A stretch of 21,997 nucleotides of DNA from a virus (Duplodnaviria; Heunggongvirae; Uroviricota; Caudoviricetes). The position numbers and the translations under genes were made by a program. The notes below the pieces were generated by a model, which searched no databases, was not told the origin of the DNA, and was given only the letters and a program-made list of their open reading frames with translations. Location: the IMG/VR virus record IMGVR_UViG_3300029733_000185. One strand, 5' to 3'. The stretch's first letter is position 1, and every line of letters begins with the position of its first letter. Positions 15,429 through 21,997 of the stretch are shown here, piece by piece.

Positions 15429-16088
15429 TTATTTTGTCTTAAATGTTTTTGTTGCCCAATCAGAATAGAAGAAATATGTCTTTCCGTCTATCCGTTTGGT
15501 GCGTATGGCTTGAATTTTGATCGTGTATTTTGTCTTGCGCTTTAGACTGCCAAGATATAGCCCGTTCAAACAACCATCATTTAGTTTAATTTGCTTTGCG
15601 TTTTTACCGGACCCGGTATAAAACATCACCGTGTACCCCTGACAGTTCGAAGGGCGGCTCCAACTTACGTCTGCGGTCGTCTTACCTGTAGAGATTTTAA
15701 CGCTTCTAACAGGAGGCGGATTTGTTGCGGTTGTATAGACAACCGGTTCACCATAAGTGCATCTACCCTTTGTTTTGATGTACTTATACAGTCTTACTTT
15801 GTAAACTGTACCGGATTTCAGACCTGTCATTTTCCAAGAACCAGCTTTTGGATCTGTGATATTCTTCACCGTGACCCATTTTTTATTTTGATAGCGGTCG
15901 ATTTTATACCCAGATACTTTTAAATCGGTTTGCCAGACATACGTGATGGATGTTTGTGTTACATTTTTTGTTGTTACTGTGCTAATTTTTGTCGGCTTCT
16001 CTTGTGCCTGCGCGATCACAGGAACAACCATTGCTGCTTGTAAAACAACAACACCGGCAAGTAGTGCAGAAATTACTTTTCGCTGCAA
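15429..16088 (-). CDS. Secreted protein with two fibronectin type III domains
   Basis: Signal peptide (AQA); W...GY.I...LKSGT.Y.V pattern twice; TTG start behind AAGGGGG. Confidence 0.85.
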   Translation of the reverse strand: MQRKVISALLAGVVVLQAAMVVPVIAQAQEKPTKISTVTTKNVTQTSITYVWQTDLKVSGYKIDRYQNKKWVTVKNITDPKAGSWKMTGLKSGTVYKVRLYKYIKTKGRCTYGEPVVYTTATNPPPVRSVKISTGKTTADVSWSRPSNCQGYTVMFYTGSGKNAKQIKLNDGCLNGLYLGSLKRKTKYTIKIQAIRTKRIDGKTYFFYSDWATKTFKTK

Positions 16089-16119
16089 AGCTATACCCCC
16101 TTATTTTTTCGTTTGTTGC

Positions 16120-16153
16120 AAAAGAAAAGGAACGGACTGCAAAATCCGCTCCT
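16120..16153 (-). terminator. Intrinsic terminator just upstream of the Fn3 gene RBS
   Basis: AGGAGCGGAT...GTCCGTTCCT + TTTCTTTT; a TGTTAAAAT promoter-like site lies at 16186-16178. Confidence 0.7.
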
Positions 16154-16247
16154 AAATTTCAATGCATTCTGTATTTAATTTTAACAGGTTTCATCTAAAA
16201 CCAAAAGTTGCGTGAAAAAGCTAAACTATTTTGTGCAATATGATGGA

Positions 16248-16664
16248 CTATCCAACGAGTGTTTGGACTGCAAAGGCAAGAATAAATGAAACAAGTGCTG
16301 CTATGCCGCACACTTTTGCTGTTCTTGGCTGTGATTTCTTATCTGCAAAGAAAACCACAAAACCAACAATGGGACAGCAGATGGAGAGAATAAGCAAAAC
16401 AATATTGATTTTTTCTTTATTTTTGACTGCGTTGCCATTTGCATAATGCTGCGGAATGTCGCTCCCGTTAACGTTTGTTTTCTCCAACCCTTCTGTTTCT
16501 GTATCTGCAAAAGTTTCATCATCACTCTCTGTGACATTTTTGTCCTTTGCAGCTGATGTTGTTTTTACGTCCCCCATAAGTCCGGATAACGCCCGCGAAC
16601 CGCAATATGGGCACTCGTACATACCGTCTGCCACTTCTTTGTGACACTGATTACAAATTTGCAT
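16248..16664 (-). CDS. Zinc-ribbon membrane protein
   Basis: CNQC...CPYCG, low-complexity linker, two C-terminal TM helices; GAAAGGA RBS; TGATATAAT at 16723-16715. Confidence 0.88.
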   Translation of the reverse strand: MQICNQCHKEVADGMYECPYCGSRALSGLMGDVKTTSAAKDKNVTESDDETFADTETEGLEKTNVNGSDIPQHYANGNAVKNKEKINIVLLILSICCPIVGFVVFFADKKSQPRTAKVCGIAALVSFILAFAVQTLVG

Positions 16665-16763
16665 TACTCTAATCCTTTCGGTTGAAGTTATTTTCTTGTT
16701 TTGTATTTGTTTTAATTATATCACAATGCAAAAGAATTCTAAAATGATGGCACATGAGCATAC

Positions 16764-16797
16764 AAAAGAAAACAGCAAGTGCTTTCACACCTGCTGC
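16764..16797 (-). terminator. Intrinsic terminator ending the virD4-S1 operon
   Basis: GCAGCAGGTGT-GAAA-GCACTTGCTGT + TTTCTTTT. Confidence 0.8.
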
Positions 16798-16849
16798 TCT
16801 ATGTATGTTGTTTGTACGATTTAAGAATATCTTCCTGAAGTGTTATGCG

Positions 16850-17833
16850 TTAGGCTGCAAAGTTTCTGTATTTCTTCTCAATCACAGCCTCAATAGACCC
16901 AAACACCCGCGCGTGTTCTTCGTCGAATGTGTACAGACGAACGGAAACAATATCCCCTTCTCTCGGCAGATCAATACAGTTGATTTTCCGACAATACACA
17001 TCGATGCCGCTGATATGGTCGCCAATCTGCACAAAGTAGCCGCCATCCTTAACCCCGGAGACTTTACCCTTGAGAATGGAGTCTTTACGGTACTTCTTCA
17101 TATTCTCACGCATTACATTCGGCTGGGCTGCTTTAATTGACAGTGTTGCATTTATGGTCTTGTTCTCTTTGTCGATGTCTAAAGTTAAAAACTTAACATG
17201 CAACTGTTCGCCGATGTACACAACGTCTCTCAGGTCCTCCGTATACCGCCAAGACACCTCTTTGGCAATGATTTTTGCCACGTAGCCATATACTTCTACG
17301 ATTACGATGCTCTTTGCAATGGAAATCACTCGTGCGATAACAGATTCACCGGCCTCAAAAGCACGTTCAACTTTTGATTTTCCGTCCTTATCGCTCTTGA
17401 AAAAGTTAGACTGTTGCTTTTTCTGCATTGCTGTAATACGGTCGCCCACAACCATTTTGTTGGCTGCGTTGATGCTTCTCTCGTCCTTATAGACAACAAA
17501 GTCAATCTCAGCGCCGATCATTGCTCTGATGTAAGCCTGATACATTTTAGCCTTATTGTTTTCGCTGACCGGATTACCGGCCTTGTCAACGGCATTTTCA
17601 ATATCAAGCCCCATAAGCGATCCGGGAATTAACACCTGATATCCCTCAAATGCACCCAACGCATAGTATTTCTGACTTGCATGTGTGATGCCGGGAGTCG
17701 TATTTGGTACAACGCCCACGATTTGCGTGCGCAAAATCTTGCCCTCTGTTCTGGACTGGTCGAGCTTCTTATAGGTCTCGACATTCTGATATTCTTCGTC
17801 TAATTGAATTTGGTCTGTGTGTTTATAAGCCAT
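16850..17833 (-). CDS. S1 RNA-binding domain protein (2-3 OB/S1 repeats)
   Basis: GESVIARVISIAK..VIVEVYG....I...EVSW.....L.....IGEQLHVK....D......LSIK and KGKVSGV...GYFV. Confidence 0.85.
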   Translation of the reverse strand: MAYKHTDQIQLDEEYQNVETYKKLDQSRTEGKILRTQIVGVVPNTTPGITHASQKYYALGAFEGYQVLIPGSLMGLDIENAVDKAGNPVSENNKAKMYQAYIRAMIGAEIDFVVYKDERSINAANKMVVGDRITAMQKKQQSNFFKSDKDGKSKVERAFEAGESVIARVISIAKSIVIVEVYGYVAKIIAKEVSWRYTEDLRDVVYIGEQLHVKFLTLDIDKENKTINATLSIKAAQPNVMRENMKKYRKDSILKGKVSGVKDGGYFVQIGDHISGIDVYCRKINCIDLPREGDIVSVRLYTFDEEHARVFGSIEAVIEKKYRNFAA

Positions 17834-17865
17834 TTTTCTACCCCTTTACTTAAAAGTTTAATTTG

Positions 17866-19953
17866 TTATGCCGCCTTAGTTGGCTTTGGCGGAATTTGTA
17901 CATTTTGCAAAAACGGATTGTTTTGGCTGAATATATTATCCATACTCCGTTCTTGCTCGTCTTTCTCTTTTTGTGCTTCTTGCTTGATCTTATCAAGTTC
18001 TTCCTTTTGACGGCGTTTCTCTTCTTCTTCACGCTGCTTTCTTAGCATCTCCTTTTGAAGTTCAAGAGCCTGCTGTTTCTTTTTCCAATCCGGAACGTGC
18101 TTTTCCACTTCTTCAGGAATCAGCTTTTCACTAAGCGGATGCAAAGTGTAGTCGAATTTCTTCGCCTTCAATGCTTTTTGACCACGCAAGAAGATGAGTT
18201 CTTCTGTATTCTTTAAACGCAGCACTTCGTCAGAATTGAGAACCTTTCTTTGTCCTGATGAACGAACTTCGTTATAAGATGTGCTTTGGTTGAACACTTG
18301 AATAGTTCGGTCGTATTTTGAGTTTTGTGTCTCTACTTCAATTGTTGCTATGCCCGTTTTGTCCGAAATATACTTGGCTGTCGTTTCATCGGTACACCCC
18401 AAAAACACAGTTGCGTCGCAGTTACCGAGAATTTCTTCCCACTGCCCATTTGGATAACGGTTTTGCATTTGCGTGATGTTCTGAAAGATAACAACAATAT
18501 TCAAATTACGTGATCGAACGGTTGAAATCTTCTTACAAAAATCTGGAATTTGGCCTATATTTGGAAATTCATCCAGAATTATGTTTACAGGAATTGCATT
18601 CTTCGTATGCTTCAGTCTGTCAGCCTTACGCACAAGCTTGATAAACAGCATTGCGTAAAACAAAACCGCAATAAAGTCGAACACTTTATGCTGATCAGAT
18701 GTGATGCAGAAGTACGCACACTTTTCCGTTACTGGTTTCGTCATATTGATCTCTTTTGATGATGTAATATTACGAATTTGGTCGTCCTGAAACACATCCA
18801 GCATAATGCCAAGGCCGTTTAGAATTTGCCCCTTAACTTGGTCCGTACAGACACGGAAGATATTGTAGGCTCTGCGTGCCACGCTATTCTCTGGCAACAC
18901 ATCGAACATTCTGTCAATCTCTTGTGGCGTTTTAGAGGAAATAATATCGTAGACCGAACCCATATTCTGATTCTCTTCCGGATACTCATTCATAACATAC
19001 AAACATACGGCCTTTAACAGGTTCCTTGCGTTGTCGGACCAATAATCCTGCTCGCCGGTTGCATTCATTACGATAGTATCTGCAAAAATCTTTGCGTCCG
19101 TGCTGTCTACATTTCCGTCTTCATCTAAAAGTTCTGCAAGGCAATTCCAACTGTCACTGTGCTTTTGCTCATTCAGGTTGAACATCTTTACGTCATACCC
19201 CTTCTCTCTCAAGAGTGGAGCACAATCTTCATAGAGTTCTCCTTTAGGGTCTGTAATGATAATGCTTTCCCCGCGAACTGATGCCTGCATAATCAGATTA
19301 CGAGCCAACGCTCTGGATTTCATAGTACCTGACGCACCAAACACTGCAATGTGATGGTTTAGTTTGTTGTTTACGATACTATCAATTTTCCAGTTCCTAT
19401 CTTCGCCCTTTTTCTTATACTCGGCGTCCGAACAAAGCGAAATTACAGGTATCTTTGCTTTAACGCTTGCTGGAGTGTCTTCCTTAATGTCAGAAGTGTC
19501 TACGGAAAGTGGTTTCCCGAGAATAACACCCTCTGTCTCTCCAACCGGTTTTACGTCCAGCACATCCCCAAGTTCTGTAGGGTCAAAGATAAGTTCACTC
19601 GTGCCATAAGTACCTTGTTCTGTCAGCACTCGAAATCCGCGCTGATCTGCTTTGCCTCGTTCTTTCTTATTCCGGGGGTCAACAATGAAGCGTTTGACTG
19701 CCCAGAATATAAGAATGACCAGCAACAGGCACAGGTACCCACGTCCTGTTGTAAAAAGTTCCTGATAGACTTTCAGCGGGTTCCACGTGAATGGCGATGT
19801 TATTTCTTTATTTAACACCTTTGGCAGTAAAACGATTGTTTTAATTGCAAGCGACAGCAACCCCGACACGTATGTAGTTCCTAAAACAAGCAGGACACTC
19901 TGCCACGGGTGGGCTCTTACCCATCTCTTTATGCTTTCGATCTTTTCTTTCAC
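17866..19953 (-). CDS. virD4: VirD4/TraG-like type IV coupling protein
   Basis: Two N-terminal TM helices, TYGTS, Walker A GASGTMKS, ITDPKGEL, Walker B LDEFPN, RSRNL, QNITQ; GTG start overlaps upstream TGA. Confidence 0.93.
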   Translation of the reverse strand: MKEKIESIKRWVRAHPWQSVLLVLGTTYVSGLLSLAIKTIVLLPKVLNKEITSPFTWNPLKVYQELFTTGRGYLCLLLVILIFWAVKRFIVDPRNKKERGKADQRGFRVLTEQGTYGTSELIFDPTELGDVLDVKPVGETEGVILGKPLSVDTSDIKEDTPASVKAKIPVISLCSDAEYKKKGEDRNWKIDSIVNNKLNHHIAVFGASGTMKSRALARNLIMQASVRGESIIITDPKGELYEDCAPLLREKGYDVKMFNLNEQKHSDSWNCLAELLDEDGNVDSTDAKIFADTIVMNATGEQDYWSDNARNLLKAVCLYVMNEYPEENQNMGSVYDIISSKTPQEIDRMFDVLPENSVARRAYNIFRVCTDQVKGQILNGLGIMLDVFQDDQIRNITSSKEINMTKPVTEKCAYFCITSDQHKVFDFIAVLFYAMLFIKLVRKADRLKHTKNAIPVNIILDEFPNIGQIPDFCKKISTVRSRNLNIVVIFQNITQMQNRYPNGQWEEILGNCDATVFLGCTDETTAKYISDKTGIATIEVETQNSKYDRTIQVFNQSTSYNEVRSSGQRKVLNSDEVLRLKNTEELIFLRGQKALKAKKFDYTLHPLSEKLIPEEVEKHVPDWKKKQQALELQKEMLRKQREEEEKRRQKEELDKIKQEAQKEKDEQERSMDNIFSQNNPFLQNVQIPPKPTKAA

Positions 19954-21188
19954 ATTTTAACCTCCCCGTTCTTTTCAAAGTTGAATTTGTAAAACGAGAA
20001 ATACAGTTTTCCCTGTTCTTTGATTTGCGAAAATACTTCTTCATAAAATTTCTCCTGACTCGCATCACACACAATGTTTAGTGGCTTTGCTTTTGTATTT
20101 TCTTTGTAGTACCTAAGTACCTTGCGCAAGTGCCTAGCTTCCGGCAGGTACCCAATGATGTTGTTATACTCGTCGCTGATGGAAATAAAAACGTCCTGTA
20201 ATGTCTTTTTTGCTTCGTTCACATAGGGCACTGCAAAAATGTACGCGTGGTACTCCATACAGTCCGTTGCATTCCAATAGTCTCGCAAATCCTTTGCCTG
20301 TAGTGACATCAGCAGATTTAGGTGTCTAAACTCTGTGGAGTTCCTACCGTATGGCAAAAGATAGATACGTTGATAGTCCATGACGTCGATGATGTTATGG
20401 ATTTGCTGCCACTCTGGCATAATATCGTCTCGTTCCACCAGCTGCTTAATTTTGTCCACCGACTGGTAGACGTACACGCAGTCTGCACAGACCGAACCAG
20501 TACCTACAGAAAGTTTGCTCAAAAGTACCTGTTCGTTCTTTTCGTGCAAATTGAGGTTTTTGTATGCTGTAAAATAAACTGGAAAGGTTTTATGTTCGCC
20601 GTCAAGCAACCCCAAGAATTTCGACGCACTGAGTACCAACCCATTTCGTGTCGTAAAGTCATAGACGGTTCCCACTTTCCTCGTTTCGTCCAGGTTCCCA
20701 TTTCGGCGTTTGAATTCAATCGCTGGCAAGTACCTAAAGGACGCGTTCGTTAAAAGGTCTGACTGAATTTCTTTTTTCGTTCTGTCTTTTAGTCTTACTT
20801 GCTTTTGGATGATTTGCAATGCGAATTCTACGTCAAACATTGAGTCACAGAGCAAAGTCCGTTTCAGCCTTTCTTCTGTTTGTTCGTTTCGTGTTGCAAT
20901 TTGCTTTTTATAATGCTCACGCAACAGTTTCATTTCTTCGCTTATAAGATTGGTACAAGCGAGATATTGTACCCCTTCTTTTGTTAGGACTACTGTGTCA
21001 TATAACGCTTTTCCCTTTTGTTCTTGATTGTGACTGAAATTTTTGTTGTACCCTATTCTTTGTCTCTTTATGAGGTTGGCTTTTATCAGCCGAGGAATGA
21101 GTTTGAACTTTATATTACTGTCGCTGAATGTTCTTGGCATATTATACAACACAGCCAACGGCAAGATGTAATCACTGTATGTCAACAT
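19950..21188 (-). CDS. Hypothetical protein with N-terminal winged-HTH pattern, possibly replication-relaxation family; true start may be ATA 21233
   Basis: LIPRLIKANLIK...VVLTKEGVQYL wHTH-like pattern; translationally coupled to virD4. Family call weak. Confidence 0.75.
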   Translation of the reverse strand: MLTYSDYILPLAVLYNMPRTFSDSNIKFKLIPRLIKANLIKRQRIGYNKNFSHNQEQKGKALYDTVVLTKEGVQYLACTNLISEEMKLLREHYKKQIATRNEQTEERLKRTLLCDSMFDVEFALQIIQKQVRLKDRTKKEIQSDLLTNASFRYLPAIEFKRRNGNLDETRKVGTVYDFTTRNGLVLSASKFLGLLDGEHKTFPVYFTAYKNLNLHEKNEQVLLSKLSVGTGSVCADCVYVYQSVDKIKQLVERDDIMPEWQQIHNIIDVMDYQRIYLLPYGRNSTEFRHLNLLMSLQAKDLRDYWNATDCMEYHAYIFAVPYVNEAKKTLQDVFISISDEYNNIIGYLPEARHLRKVLRYYKENTKAKPLNIVCDASQEKFYEEVFSQIKEQGKLYFSFYKFNFEKNGEVKM

Positions 21189-21400
21189 CAGGATCAGCCT
21201 TTGTTTCTCGCTTATGTTCTTCGTTTTTGTTATGACTTCACCCCCTCCAGTCCGTCATACTGGTTTTTGGTACTACACCCGGAGGCTTTTGAATTCTCCG
21301 GATTGAAAAATCGAAAAAATCTTGATTTTACGCAATTTTTTCCGTTGTGATAATGGTCAAAAACACACAAATTTTTATTTTTTGAGGTTTTTGACCTATT

Positions 21401-21994
21401 TTAGGCCATTTCTTGATTTGTAATGTGGATGTCGCTTACACCAGATAAGCACTCTCGAATAGCGGACACATTGTCGATAAAGTCCTCTTTCAAGACACAA
21501 AACACCATAGTCTGATCTGGTCCGTCAATCGGAATCGTGTCCAGATAATAAGACGCGTATTCATACGAATCATCTGGCACAAAGAGTTCCTTAAACACAT
21601 TAATTAACTCGTGATATTCTCGGTTGTCCGTGTCGGGGATATAGTGTTTTGGTGTATTCTGATCAACCAAGTTGTAAATCAAAAACATACATTTGTTGTT
21701 GGCTGGCTTGATCCCGTTTTGCACTGCAAAGCGTCTTAAGCTTTCTTTTATAACAGATGAAAAATAAGAGGCTGTACGCTCATATGTATTACCATCTTTT
21801 CCCTTGCCCGTGATCCTAAAATTCAGCAACGGCGGCAATACAAACGCAAGTAATCTTTCGTTTATTCTTTGCGCTTTGACATACTTTGAAGTCGTCAAAT
21901 GCTGGAACTCAGCTGCGCTTTGCATATCGTTTGGTGTGTGCAGGATTGCATATTTTCTTATGTTATATGCGAGCGTTTCGGCCAGCGAATTCAT
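21401..21994 (-). CDS. Hypothetical protein with RusA-like acidic motif (may extend beyond window)
   Basis: PDTDN...VPDDS spacing resembles RusA PDxDN...DD; frame is open to the window edge. Confidence 0.7.
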   Translation of the reverse strand: MNSLAETLAYNIRKYAILHTPNDMQSAAEFQHLTTSKYVKAQRINERLLAFVLPPLLNFRITGKGKDGNTYERTASYFSSVIKESLRRFAVQNGIKPANNKCMFLIYNLVDQNTPKHYIPDTDNREYHELINVFKELFVPDDSYEYASYYLDTIPIDGPDQTMVFCVLKEDFIDNVSAIRECLSGVSDIHITNQEMA

Positions 21995-21997
21995 ATC

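Larger units (their letters stand above)
1..21997 (-). mobile_element. Segment of a large conjugative element (megaplasmid/ICE), Firmicutes-like
   Basis: VirD4-like coupling protein, co-oriented genes, orphan recG/gmk/Thg1-like genes among many hypothetical ORFs, repeated intergenic modules. No element boundary, integrase or phage structural gene in the window. Confidence 0.7.

Noticed and set aside
21269..21280. GGTACTACACCC resembles the pMV158/pE194 rolling-circle nick motif TACTACGAC
   Set aside because: Lacks the conserved G and the flanking G/C hairpin; no matching Rep seen.
205..21350. Plus-strand ORFs and nested alternative-frame minus ORFs in the track
   Set aside because: They shadow well-supported minus-strand genes, lack RBSs and have antisense-like composition.
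1..21997. TAG reassignment (genetic code 15) suggested by the internal TAG at 5778 and TAG-TAA at 3185-3190
   Set aside because: Long genes (recG, virD4, Thg1-like, 587-aa protein) have no internal TAG; one case does not support recoding.

Overview
All credible genes are on the minus strand. The window looks like part of a large conjugative element (megaplasmid or ICE) of a low-GC Firmicute, probably Clostridia; the host is inferred from AAGGAGG/GGAGGTGA-type RBSs, TGnTATAAT promoters and protein styles. The right part (~13.6-22 kb) is backbone/transfer-like: a RusA-like ORF, a wHTH protein, a VirD4-like coupling protein, a multi-S1 RNA-binding protein, a Zn-ribbon membrane protein and two paralogous secreted Fn3 proteins, one with a transglutaminase-like domain. 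The left part (~1-13.5 kb) is an accessory array with recG, a Thg1-like 3'-5' polymerase, guanylate kinase and many small acidic or membrane ORFs. The most unusual signal is non-coding: (A) five copies of a terminator + TGCAGTATTAATA box upstream of genes; (B) four copies of a promoter-AAGTTA-terminator-RBS leader with covarying stems; a ~147-nt five-hairpin RNA; a rod-shaped hairpin with promoter-like geometry; and a 71-bp diverged duplicate of the recG 3' end bracketing a captured gene. Together these suggest an attenuation-controlled, recombination-shuffled cassette array. All calls come from reading the sequence; no searches or folding programs were run.
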